A stretch of 64,000 bases of DNA from a virus: positions 22,090 to 86,089 of the IMG/VR virus record IMGVR_UViG_3300037086_000458; one strand, 5' to 3'. This document shows, piece by piece, positions 10,008-19,386 of the stretch. The notes below the pieces were generated by a model, which did no database searches, was not told the DNA's origin, and worked only from the letters and a program-made list of their open reading frames with translations. The position numbers and the translations under genes are program-made. Positions within the stretch are counted from its first letter, which is position 1, and each line of letters opens with the position of its first letter.

Positions 10008-10649
10008 TTAAATGCCTTCCAACACGTCGCCTACAGCAACATCGGTAGCTGCATCCTGTGAGCCAGGAGCATCTACCCCAAGGAGTTCTCTAATCTCTTC
10101 GATACTGAGATCTTGGCCTAGGTTGCTTTTTGCATCTTCTAACACCGCTGGATATTCAGCAAGGACCTTTTTCTGAAGCTCAGGATTCTTTCTCCAGATA
10201 GAGTCATTACAAGCTATGACCTCTATGTTCTGGAATTCCTCCACCTTACACTTGAGCTTTATATCATGTGAAATGAGGGCGAATTCATTATTGGTTTCTT
10301 TAAGAGTATTATACATGCTCTCTCCAAAAACCCATGGAAGGAGTTCCCAACCCATCAACTTTGGTTTGCCATCTTTTACTTGGATATCATAAACAATAAT
10401 TGCGGCTGCTATTCTCCATTTTGGCTTGTTTTTTTCATAGCTGGTAGTGCAACAAATGGCTTTGCTTTCTTTTGTTGATTTACATACAAAGTATTTGTCC
10501 TTATAATGGATCATGGCACCTTTGTATATATTTTTAGGGTCGGTAAAAATAATACCTACGCGGTCTGTTTGACCTTCTTTACCTTTGTAACTCTTGAATT
10601 TTGTGGAACGGATGTCATCTCTTTCCATTCCAAAGGATTCCACTGTCAT
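10008..10649 (-). CDS. putative single-stranded DNA-binding protein
   Basis: 213 aa, aromatic beta-rich core, acidic C-tail, strong RBS, position next to ruvC/recA. Confidence 0.5.
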   Translation of the reverse strand: MTVESFGMERDDIRSTKFKSYKGKEGQTDRVGIIFTDPKNIYKGAMIHYKDKYFVCKSTKESKAICCTTSYEKNKPKWRIAAAIIVYDIQVKDGKPKLMGWELLPWVFGESMYNTLKETNNEFALISHDIKLKCKVEEFQNIEVIACNDSIWRKNPELQKKVLAEYPAVLEDAKSNLGQDLSIEEIRELLGVDAPGSQDAATDVAVGDVLEGI

Positions 10650-10660
10650 TGTAACTCTCC

Positions 10661-10981
10661 TTATAGAAATTGTTTTATAAAATCCCCGGGTTTATAAATG
10701 ACACGGTTACCTCTAATTTTTTTTGTAACCATGCCTTTGACTTTTTTGTCAAAAACTTTTTTATCTTTTTCACCAATATTTTTGATAAGTACTGTACCAA
10801 AACCGCTTACAAGGTTTAGTTTTTTATCTTTAAGTAAATTATAGAAAATTTCTTCCGTTAGTTTTTTGTATATTTCTTTTTTTACAGGCTTTGAAAGAGC
10901 CCTCTTAAGTACTTTTTTTTCTATTCCCCTACTGGATAATACATTGATAAGAGTGTCAGAAATAATATCTTCCATAGCCAT
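10661..10981 (-). CDS. HU/IHF-like DNA-binding protein
   Basis: LVSGFGTV and RVIYKPG resemble the DNABII beta-arm. Confidence 0.7.
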   Translation of the reverse strand: MAMEDIISDTLINVLSSRGIEKKVLKRALSKPVKKEIYKKLTEEIFYNLLKDKKLNLVSGFGTVLIKNIGEKDKKVFDKKVKGMVTKKIRGNRVIYKPGDFIKQFL

Positions 10982-10984
10982 AAA

Positions 10985-12217
10985 TTAGAGATTGCTAAGG
11001 TCATCTAAGATATTATCTATGTTCACTTCCCCTGAGATAGTTGCAGTATCTCCTTTTGGTGCAGTCTTAGGACTTTTCTCTTTGGATGAAGGCTCTCCTT
11101 GGCCTGACTTTTTTGCAGGTTTATTGGTGACCACCGGAACATCTTCAGAAAGTATGTCTTCTAAGATAGTGCCCGCGTTACTCTCATCAATTATCTCGGC
11201 AGAAGATCCTTGATCAACATCTATCAAAGTATTCTCCTCTGACCCGACATCAGTAGCTGCTTCTATTTCCGCATCAGCAGTTGATGCGACATTAGTAGGC
11301 CTTGAATCAATATCTACAGGAGCGTCCCCCTCAGAAATATTATCCAAACCGTCTAAAACAGTATCCATATCTAAATCTGAATCCTCACCATCTTCTGGAT
11401 TTTCACCATCAGATGTTTGAGATTCTTCTTCAGATGAGACGCTGTCTGGTTCAATAACCGTTGAACCTTTAGAATCTGTATTACCTAAATCAAAATCTGA
11501 AGTATCTACTTCTGTAGAAGATGACACTTTAGGTTCTTGTAAGGTAACGTCTGACGGCACAGGATCTGATTCAAGCGTAATATCCATATCTTTATTATCG
11601 ACGGTAACATCCTCTTCTTGTTCTATAAATTCTTTTCCTTCTTCAGCTTCGAGACTTCTTTCAAGCGCCTCTACTCCTCCCAAAGCTTTCATTAATTTAG
11701 CTGTATCTTTATCATCTGGTAGGGGCACATTGATCTTAAGAAGGTCACTCATCATCCTGGATTGATCTTGGATGTTTCTCATCTTTTTTATTATAATACT
11801 CTGCTTAGTCTTTATAAGACCAGAGAGACTCCTAAGAGCAAGAATCTTACGGCTAAGTTTATTAAATTCAGCCATACTGTCTTTCATTAATAGCTCTATG
11901 GCTGATTCACGCTCTTTACCGGTTGCATATTTTTTTAGGAGGTCTTGGTTATTGGCGAACTCATTTCTTTTTTTATTATTTATTTCTTCTTCGACTATAC
12001 TCTGGCGTATCTCATAGTTCGTAAGCTCGCGGACTACCTTAGTATTGATTTTGTCTAATAAGTCAAGTGCTTTATCACATTCAACAATTTTTTGATCTAT
12101 ATAATGCCTGTTATAAGTGCTCTGCATCTCCAAAGGGACTTCTATTTTGGAGATTTGATCATAGATAAAATTTGTATCTAAATTCTGTAGAGATTTTTCA
12201 AAGTCGCCCATAAGCAC
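10985..12217 (-). CDS. coiled-coil protein with long acidic disordered tail
   Basis: 410 aa; helical N-half, D/E/S-rich C-half. Confidence 0.6.
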   Translation of the reverse strand: MLMGDFEKSLQNLDTNFIYDQISKIEVPLEMQSTYNRHYIDQKIVECDKALDLLDKINTKVVRELTNYEIRQSIVEEEINNKKRNEFANNQDLLKKYATGKERESAIELLMKDSMAEFNKLSRKILALRSLSGLIKTKQSIIIKKMRNIQDQSRMMSDLLKINVPLPDDKDTAKLMKALGGVEALERSLEAEEGKEFIEQEEDVTVDNKDMDITLESDPVPSDVTLQEPKVSSSTEVDTSDFDLGNTDSKGSTVIEPDSVSSEEESQTSDGENPEDGEDSDLDMDTVLDGLDNISEGDAPVDIDSRPTNVASTADAEIEAATDVGSEENTLIDVDQGSSAEIIDESNAGTILEDILSEDVPVVTNKPAKKSGQGEPSSKEKSPKTAPKGDTATISGEVNIDNILDDLSNL

Positions 12218-12353
12218 CTCTGCCTTTATCTTAATTATAGTTTTCTTAACATCTAAATATAATGATGTTGTTATTAATTATTAAAGTGGTTTTTTATTAT
12301 TTTTTAAGCAATTTATTTTGTTATGCCTGTGGTAGTTGGCTCGGGTGTTATTA

Positions 12354-12527
12354 CTAACATTTGTGCTCTGATATAATGAGTGTTAATACATTGTCTCGTA
12401 GTTGAAATGTTTGCTTTGCTCCACAATCAACGCACTCAATCTCAAAAATCTGATCGCCTTTTGGTATATCATACCCATATTTTGTTATATTTTTTGCTAC
12501 CTTCTCGCCCTTCCAAACATTACCCAT
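12354..12527 (-). CDS. 57-aa small protein
   Basis: manual translation MGNVWKGEK...IECVDCG...EHKC*; AAAGGAG RBS; below the ORF-track cut-off. Confidence 0.55.
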   Translation of the reverse strand: MGNVWKGEKVAKNITKYGYDIPKGDQIFEIECVDCGAKQTFQLRDNVLTLIISEHKC

Positions 12528-12560
12528 AATAAACTCCTTTTACTGTTATTTTACATCTTA

Positions 12561-13040
12561 TTATTCTGTAGCAGCTGATTCCAGCTGTGTTATTTCAAAA
12601 AAAGCTTTTTTAGAATCAATATCGTGTTTGGTATCTTTAACATTATTTAAAAATTCAACAGCTAACTCATCATCTATATCGCCAAAAAAATACAGCTCAT
12701 GTATGTCTGCCTGATAGAGTAATTTTAATTCATCTATATGCGGGAAATAAGTTAGAAAGGCAGCTCCTCCAGATCCTTGAACTTCTCTTCCATCGTCTGT
12801 AGAACTTTTTCCAGAGAGATAGGATCTAATTGCTTCGAAGATTGGCGATGTGAAGACTGGGTGTAATTCGGTTGACTCTCTGAATTTTCCAACCTCTTCT
12901 GCAAAGATACACTTGTTGTACCCGATTCCGCAGATGCTCTCTCCTCGAACAATAAGAGCTGCTTTAGGGTTTCTGCATTCTGATAGTTGCTTGGATTGTT
13001 GTACAACTGTCGCAAAGAAGTTCCTTTGTTTTCCATCCAT
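12561..13040 (-). CDS. dCMP/cytidine deaminase-fold protein with degenerate active site
   Basis: LSECRNPKAALIV..GIGYN and TYFPH layout of ComEB/dCMP deaminase, but HxE and PCxxC absent; AAGGA RBS inside recD2. Confidence 0.6.
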   Translation of the reverse strand: MDGKQRNFFATVVQQSKQLSECRNPKAALIVRGESICGIGYNKCIFAEEVGKFRESTELHPVFTSPIFEAIRSYLSGKSSTDDGREVQGSGGAAFLTYFPHIDELKLLYQADIHELYFFGDIDDELAVEFLNNVKDTKHDIDSKKAFFEITQLESAATE

Positions 13041-15244
13041 TCTGCAATCCTTTGTGAAAAAAGAGTGTTTCTTTCTTGGATCTTATCATTTTCAATAGCA
13101 CCAACTATAGCTGACCCTTGCCCAAAAACTATGATTTTTTTTCTAGCCCGGGTAATAGCCGTATATAATAAATTCCTTTGCAGGATACGTTTGCCGTGAA
13201 ATTTAATGAAGGGTAATAGAACAAGGTCATATTCCATGCCTTCCGCTTTATGTACAGTAATTGCGTATGCAAGTTTTAAAAGTTCATCCGCAATCTCTAT
13301 AGGGATATTAACTTCTTTTTTACCCTCATAATCATCTATTTCAACAAGGATGTCTGTAGCTAAAAATTTTATTACCTTACCTATATCACCATTAAACACT
13401 CCTAATTGATAATCATTTTTTCTTATTAAAACTCGGTCTCCTATCCTAATAACTCCTCCATTAACATAAATTTCTCTATCTCCTTCAACTTTTGGGTTCA
13501 AACTTTCTTGAAGGGCTATATTCAGAGTGTCTACAGATAAAGGTCCGCTGTTTCGAGGAGTTATTATCTGGAAAGTCTTCTTAAGACCTTTTGCCTTGAT
13601 CTGATCTTTTAAATCCTTAGCTAATTTTATTATGGTCTTTTCGAGCTCTTTTATGTTCTGGTTCCTTATAAACCATATATCAGCCTTAGGATCGCTTTTA
13701 AATAAAGATAAATCTATATCTCCTTCTCTTATTTTTTTAGCCTCTTTAATAATATCAGACTGCTCCTCTTGCCGGAAGATATTCTTTAGAGAGATAGTCT
13801 TTATGACGTTGCTCTTAATAAGTTCGTTTAAAACACGTCCGGGGCCTACAGAAGGCAGTTGATCGTTATCCCCTACAAACACCAGCTTGGTGTGGGTGTA
13901 GAGGGCAGAAACAAGCCTGTAGAACACTTCCATGTCGACCATGCTCATTTCGTCGATTACTGCAACAGATGTGTCATATTTGTTGTTTATATTATAGTCC
14001 CAGCTGTTACCTTTATATCCAAGTTTCCTATGGATCGTGTAGGCTTCGTACCCAGCTGTTACACCTAATTTTTTTGATGCTATCCCGGTAGGGGTTAAGA
14101 GATCAAAATTTATTTTATTTTTAATCATTAATTCTACGAAAGATTTAATAATCGTGGTTTTTCCCGTACCCGGTGAGCCGGTTACTATTAAAATTTTTTC
14201 TTTTATAAATGATCTTATGGCGTCTCTTTGTTCTTCACTTAACTTAAATGCTCCTGGTTTTGTTGGATCCTGTTGTGATAGCTCATACTCTTCAATGAAC
14301 TTTTCAGTATCTATATGACTTAAATCACAACTATCAGGCTTATTGGCTATTAAACTTAAGATCCTCGCTGATTCGTTCTCATAAAAGAATAAGTTTACCT
14401 CATAATATTTATCACCATTCCTGACCAAATATCCTTCATTTTCTAAATGGATTAAGTGAGCTTCTATATCCTGTAGAGTTATTTCTGAGCTTTTAAATTT
14501 AAAAGTTGTTCCTTGGTTATAGACATTAATTGCTTTTATAATTTGATGATCATATAAAAACAGATGCCCTGAGTTTACAGCTTCTTTAAGGACCCACAAT
14601 ATAAAATGGGTGTATCTTAGCTTATCCTCGGCTGAGAAGTGTAATTTCCCTGCTATAAAGTCACAAGTGGTAAATCCAAACCCAGCGAAGCATAATAGAT
14701 ATGGATTCTCTTTTATTTTGGTCTCAGCGTCTATCCCAAATCGAAGGAGTATCTTTTTAATGTTATTTTCTGATAGTCCTAACGAATAAAGAAATATTTT
14801 TACGCTTTTCTCTTCTCTATGCTCATTCCAGGCTTTGACTATGTTTTGAGCTATTTTTTCACCAATGTTAGGTACTTCGCAGAGTCTTTCCGGATGATTT
14901 TCTATGATATCTTCAAGTTCTTCACCGAAGTGGTTGGCGAGGTCATGTGATTTTATAGGTCCAACGAATTTTGCAATAGACTGAAGATATAAAGCTAAGC
15001 TTATTGTTGAGGTTTTGTCATAGGTGAATGTGTGGGCTTTTGCTCTAAAACCTTTTCCATACTTTGGATGATCTCGATAATCTCCATGTACTTCTATCGA
15101 AACACCCTCTACTATCTCCTGAAAATCGCCTGAGACAGTACTATACTGACCATTTTTATTTTTCAAGATAAAAATTTTGAAGTTGTTGTCTTTTTCTGGG
15201 GATGTCCATACTATCCTGTGGACAGTGCCTGTGAGTGTTTCCAT
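12752..15244 (-). CDS. recD2: RecD2-like SF1B helicase
   Basis: HPKYG OB region, HhH, GSPGTGKTT, IDEMSMVD, VGDNDQL, FRQ, AYAITVHKAEG, LYTAITRA. Confidence 0.95.
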   Translation of the reverse strand: METLTGTVHRIVWTSPEKDNNFKIFILKNKNGQYSTVSGDFQEIVEGVSIEVHGDYRDHPKYGKGFRAKAHTFTYDKTSTISLALYLQSIAKFVGPIKSHDLANHFGEELEDIIENHPERLCEVPNIGEKIAQNIVKAWNEHREEKSVKIFLYSLGLSENNIKKILLRFGIDAETKIKENPYLLCFAGFGFTTCDFIAGKLHFSAEDKLRYTHFILWVLKEAVNSGHLFLYDHQIIKAINVYNQGTTFKFKSSEITLQDIEAHLIHLENEGYLVRNGDKYYEVNLFFYENESARILSLIANKPDSCDLSHIDTEKFIEEYELSQQDPTKPGAFKLSEEQRDAIRSFIKEKILIVTGSPGTGKTTIIKSFVELMIKNKINFDLLTPTGIASKKLGVTAGYEAYTIHRKLGYKGNSWDYNINNKYDTSVAVIDEMSMVDMEVFYRLVSALYTHTKLVFVGDNDQLPSVGPGRVLNELIKSNVIKTISLKNIFRQEEQSDIIKEAKKIREGDIDLSLFKSDPKADIWFIRNQNIKELEKTIIKLAKDLKDQIKAKGLKKTFQIITPRNSGPLSVDTLNIALQESLNPKVEGDREIYVNGGVIRIGDRVLIRKNDYQLGVFNGDIGKVIKFLATDILVEIDDYEGKKEVNIPIEIADELLKLAYAITVHKAEGMEYDLVLLPFIKFHGKRILQRNLLYTAITRARKKIIVFGQGSAIVGAIENDKIQERNTLFSQRIAEWMENKGTSLRQLYNNPSNYQNAETLKQLLLFEERASAESGTTSVSLQKRLENSESQPNYTQSSHRQSSKQLDPISLEKVLQTMEEKFKDLEELPF

Positions 15245-15487
15245 TTACTTCTTTGATTTTAGATTGATATTAATTTTGAACAGGTGCAGGAAGGTATTCC
15301 GTAGACTCCAAGCTACTAAGACTATCCCGAAGCACATTAATATTACCACCAAGGCTGCACAGAATACTATACCGATCCACCTTATGACTACAAACACCAT
15401 AGGCTCATATTTGCAAAATAAAATGATGCCTATGACGGATAATAAGGTTGGTGTAAAATAAAGAAGACCTTTAAGAACGTTTTTCAT
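15245..15487 (-). CDS. small membrane protein
   Basis: two hydrophobic segments. Confidence 0.5.
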   Translation of the reverse strand: MKNVLKGLLYFTPTLLSVIGIILFCKYEPMVFVVIRWIGIVFCAALVVILMCFGIVLVAWSLRNTFLHLFKININLKSKK

Positions 15488-16377
15488 AATACCCCCTTGA
15501 TATACTCTTTTTTTACGTCTGTTATGATATATTCACCCTCTTCATACGTTGAAAATTTTAACCCATCCCCATATGCTTTTTTTGCATCGATTACTAATAA
15601 GGATATTTTGTCATCCATATGTACTGCAAATTTTTTTGCGAAGTTTGTTGCATTGTCCTTATTGCAGTAAAGTTTGATATATTTTTTTGTATTGCTAAAA
15701 ATACCTTTATCTTTCATTTTGTTGGCTAAGTTTGTTAGGGTGCCAAAATAGAGCTCATCAGGAGGGCAGAGATACACTTTCAATTTATATTTAATAAGAT
15801 TTTGGTCTTTAAATATTATTTTTCTATGCTTATCTTTAAAAAAGAGCTCTATGATGTGATTTTTGGTTATGTAGGATAAAAATGGCATTCTTTTTTTGAT
15901 GGTTCCACAAAGATCGTTAACCTTAAAATATCCCTCCGTGTCTTTATCTAAACTAGCAATATTGTTACGTAGAAGATGCACTGAGGAAATAAGAGTGGTG
16001 TCTAAATCACTTTGACTTGAAAATAAGGTGGAGGTTGGCTTACCTACGTGTAATATTTCTGTTGCCTGAACCTGAGAGTCAATGTCATATTTTATGTAAT
16101 CGTCATCTTTAAATGAAATTTTCCTTACCAGATCTTTGAAATAAAATTCAATGATGTGATTTCTGTTGATATAATATAAGGCTGGTATTTTGTCTTTTAA
16201 GGTGGATATTATGTAATTTATTGGAAAAAATCCATCAGAGTCCATAGGAAGATAAGAATAAGCTGAATATAAAATTTCTACGGAAGCAGTTAAAGCCATA
16301 TCAAGATCTTTTTGAGATTTATAGAAAGTAGGAGAAGGTCTAACATCAAGCTCGTTAAGGATCATTTTATTCCCCAT
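15484..16377 (-). CDS. KptA/Tpt1 RNA 2'-phosphotransferase-like protein, degenerate, with duplicated N-lobe
   Basis: PPDELYFGT, YIKL, LLVIDAKKA..DGLKF..EYI match the KptA C-lobe; two copies of the DxxGYF lobe. Confidence 0.65.
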   Translation of the reverse strand: MGNKMILNELDVRPSPTFYKSQKDLDMALTASVEILYSAYSYLPMDSDGFFPINYIISTLKDKIPALYYINRNHIIEFYFKDLVRKISFKDDDYIKYDIDSQVQATEILHVGKPTSTLFSSQSDLDTTLISSVHLLRNNIASLDKDTEGYFKVNDLCGTIKKRMPFLSYITKNHIIELFFKDKHRKIIFKDQNLIKYKLKVYLCPPDELYFGTLTNLANKMKDKGIFSNTKKYIKLYCNKDNATNFAKKFAVHMDDKISLLVIDAKKAYGDGLKFSTYEEGEYIITDVKKEYIKGVL

Positions 16378-16383
16378 TTTGAT

Positions 16384-16716
16384 TTAATTTCCATCAAATA
16401 GCTTCTTTTTCTTTAAAAGCTCACTTAATATTATATTAGTGGTTCCTGAGATAACTTTGAAATCCTCATAAATATCCGTAATAAAAGCTGAAATTTTAGC
16501 TTTTTCTAATAAAGCTCTTTTAATAGAATTATCCTTGGAGTCCGTAATTGAATTTATAATGTCTGATAATTCTCTTAGGACTCTTGTATTATAATTCATC
16601 TTTTTTTGGAGGATTTCTTGAATATCTTTAGTAATTCCCTCAATAGAGAAAGTCATAGCCATATTCTTGAAGATTTGCTCATTTTTTTCTTCATCAGGCA
16701 GTTTGTTAGAATTCAT
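16384..16716 (-). CDS. hypothetical protein
   Basis: 110 aa, AAGGA RBS. Confidence 0.6.
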   Translation of the reverse strand: MNSNKLPDEEKNEQIFKNMAMTFSIEGITKDIQEILQKKMNYNTRVLRELSDIINSITDSKDNSIKRALLEKAKISAFITDIYEDFKVISGTTNIILSELLKKKKLFDGN

Positions 16717-16837
16717 AACATCCTTTCTTTCACTGATAAATATAAATACTCCGATTTTTGTTTTTAAAGTAGATTCTTCTTTTTCTTTAATTATTATATA
16801 TTATTTATTATCTTTTATTATTAACGTAGTTAATAGA

Positions 16838-16900
16838 AAAGCAATAGATATAGTAATGGTTATATATTCAGATTAAGTTTAAGAAAAAGGTATTTTAAAA
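16838..16900. repeat. 63-bp direct repeat, copy 1
   Basis: AAAGCAATAGATATAGTAATGGTTATATATTCAGATTAAGTTTAAGAAAAAGGTATTTTAAAA; 62/63 identical to 17643-17705. Confidence 0.95.
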
Positions 16901-16956
16901 TTTTCCTTTAATTTTAAATATTCTTAATCTTATATTTAAATATCAAAAGGAGACTT

Positions 16957-17331
16957 ATGAAGATTGTTACTGTAATTTCTCCGGATAAATTAAGTATGAC
17001 TATGTTCTATGACTTTTATAAATCCGTCTATGTAGGGGATGGGTCTTTATCTGTTTTAGATATAAATTGTTTATTTTCTAAAGAAGTTCAGAATGCTAAG
17101 ACCAGAGAATTTATAAAGGCTAATGAGAATTCAGAGAATATTTTGATTAAATATAAGATTAAACTTAAAACAGTATTATCATTACCGGCTGAAATTGAGC
17201 AGAATTCTGATTATATAATTAAATTTGATATGTTTTCCAATCATCCTGAGCTCTTAAAAGATAAGGATGAAAAAGGAAAAGCTATGATCGAGAGATATAT
17301 TTTAAACGTTACGAACATGAACAAAGGTTAA
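16957..17331 (+). CDS. hypothetical protein
   Basis: 124 aa, AAGGAG RBS, first gene of the plus arm. Confidence 0.7.
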   Translation: MKIVTVISPDKLSMTMFYDFYKSVYVGDGSLSVLDINCLFSKEVQNAKTREFIKANENSENILIKYKIKLKTVLSLPAEIEQNSDYIIKFDMFSNHPELLKDKDEKGKAMIERYILNVTNMNKG

Positions 17332-17339
17332 AGGAGGTA

Positions 17340-17630
17340 TCTGGCAATATTATCTGCTGTAGCTTATAAGGAACCTCTTATTCGGGATAAGCAGTGGAGA
17401 TCGTAACCCGACTGACCATGGTGGCCTTAATAACGTTCCCCAAGCGGCTATAGTGCTTTTAATGAGGTTTCTTGAAATCTCTCTTGAGTGCCTCACCCTG
17501 GAATAAGTGATGAGGGTAGATTCACCTTGAAATAGCCAAGCTATCCCCCTACACTAGCGAGTAGGGGAGTAAGGCGCTAAGATTATGATTATCAATAAAT
17601 AAATGATCTTAGCTTAAACAAATGTTTAAA
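17340..17630 (+). ncRNA. candidate structured non-coding RNA (family unknown)
   Basis: ORF-free, GC-richer, at least six nested or adjacent stems with G-U pairs on the plus strand. Confidence 0.5.
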
Positions 17631-17642
17631 ATCACCATCGAC

Positions 17643-17705
17643 AAAGCAATAGATTTAGTAATGGTTATATATTCAGATTAAGTTTAAGAAAAAGGTATTT
17701 TAAAA
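17643..17705. repeat. 63-bp direct repeat, copy 2
   Basis: one mismatch versus 16838-16900. Confidence 0.95.
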
Positions 17706-17938
17706 ATTCTGTCTCTCTCTTTGAGGGGCATAAAAATTTATTTTTTAAGATGGAACTAGAGCATCCCTAATGTGTTATATAAGTTACCACACTTCAACAG
17801 TGGCGAGAGTGACCGTTCCATCCATTAATTTATAATAAAGATTCTAAAGAAGGTTAGCATGACTTTTGTTGGGTTATAAAAGTGGTGGCTATAGTTGCTG
17901 GATAAGCTACCTTGGTGTAGATAAGAAGAAGGTTTAAA

Positions 17939-18382
17939 ATGGTAAAAAATTATACATCTACCGTTGCTGCTTCTCGATCTGTTCAACATATAGAAGAGAG
18001 ATTAGTTGAGCACGGAGCAATGAACATTCTTAAACTCTACGAAGATAAACATCTTGTTGGGATCGCATTTATTCTTGATAATAATGGTGAGCAGCTTCCT
18101 TTCCGACTCCCCGCTAGAATAAGCAATGTTGAGAAACAACTTAAATCCGAAGTCAAACGCCCACGTAAGAGTACATTCAATAACATTAAAGAACAAGCAG
18201 AACGAACAGCTTGGAAGCTACTTTCTGATTGGGTGGACATACAATGTAGCCTTGTGGAACTACAACAGGTAAAATTTATGGAAGTGTTTTTGCCATATGT
18301 TTATGATCCTGTTAAAAAACAAACTTTTTTTGAAAAGTTAGAAGAAACAGGATTTAAACAGCTATCTTTTAAGAAAGAGTAA
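17939..18382 (+). CDS. phage hypothetical protein
   Basis: 147 aa, AWKLLSDWV...VFLPY. Confidence 0.65.
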   Translation: MVKNYTSTVAASRSVQHIEERLVEHGAMNILKLYEDKHLVGIAFILDNNGEQLPFRLPARISNVEKQLKSEVKRPRKSTFNNIKEQAERTAWKLLSDWVDIQCSLVELQQVKFMEVFLPYVYDPVKKQTFFEKLEETGFKQLSFKKE

Positions 18383-18384
18383 GA

Positions 18385-19386
18385 ATGTTTTTTCAAAAAA
18401 TAAAAGGCCATGAGGAATTATTAAATGAATTTAAAGAATGGCTTCTTAATGATAAGTTTGAGGGTGTTTATTTATTTGAAGGCCCAAAAGGTGTAGGTAA
18501 ATATTCTATAGCTAAAACCCTCGCAAAATATATAGTGTGCCCCGGGGTTAAGGATGATTCCTGCAACTGCGAAAATTGTAAGTTATTCCCAGCTATCCCT
18601 GATTATATAGAAATATCTTCAGATGAAGAAAGCGTAATCAAAGTATCTGACATAGAAGCCATCGAAGAATTTGTAACTTTAATGCCTTTCAGAGGCAAAA
18701 ATAAAGTTATTCTGATAGATGATGCAGAGAGATTAAATAATTCCTCAGCGAGCCAACTGCTAAAGACCCTCGAAGATTTAAAAAGCCATGTAATAATTTT
18801 TTTAATCTCAAGCTACCCGGAGAGAATAATACCGACCGTGTTATCGAGGTCGAAGAGGATTGCTTTTAAGCAGCTCCATCAGGATATCCTCTTAGAGCTA
18901 TTAAAAGAAAAAAATATTAATGTAAAGAACATCGAGGAACTTAATAGAATAATCCCTTTTCTATCTAAGAGTATACTTGCAAATTATCCTATTTACTCTA
19001 AACAGATATTATTTGTTCAGGATTTTTTGTTGAACTTCAGTAAAAGGGAAGAGGATGAAATACTCTCAATAATAAATGATATAGACATAGAAGGTGAGCT
19101 TGTCTATTTTCTGGAGATATTACTCATTTATGTTTGTGACATTCTAAAGATACATTTTGATGATAATAATATAATTTTCAATGAAGGAAACAATGCAGTC
19201 TTGGATAGAATGACTATAGGATGGAAGAGTGATATCTGTGTAGCTATGCTTGAGAAAATCAGACCTATTATAAAGGATTACAAAAAAGGTATCAATATTA
19301 AACTTAAGCCCAGGATAGCGTCTTTGATGTCTTGGATATTTTTAATGCTTAAGAAAGAAAAGAAAGACACTTTAAATGCTGGATAG
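18385..19386 (+). CDS. holB: DNA polymerase III delta-prime (clamp loader)
   Basis: YLFEGPKGVGK, CxCxxC, KVILIDDAERLN, LLKTLE, IPTVLSR. Confidence 0.88.
   Translation: MFFQKIKGHEELLNEFKEWLLNDKFEGVYLFEGPKGVGKYSIAKTLAKYIVCPGVKDDSCNCENCKLFPAIPDYIEISSDEESVIKVSDIEAIEEFVTLMPFRGKNKVILIDDAERLNNSSASQLLKTLEDLKSHVIIFLISSYPERIIPTVLSRSKRIAFKQLHQDILLELLKEKNINVKNIEELNRIIPFLSKSILANYPIYSKQILFVQDFLLNFSKREEDEILSIINDIDIEGELVYFLEILLIYVCDILKIHFDDNNIIFNEGNNAVLDRMTIGWKSDICVAMLEKIRPIIKDYKKGINIKLKPRIASLMSWIFLMLKKEKKDTLNAG

Noticed and set aside
16957-17331. IEQNSDYIIKF resembling the DnaB IEQDAD motif
   Set aside because: Too short and no Walker motifs; chance cannot be excluded
16838-17705. Repeats as a CRISPR array or the RNA as tRNA/tmRNA/RNase P
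   Set aside because: Only two copies 805 bp apart; no diagnostic RNA motifs
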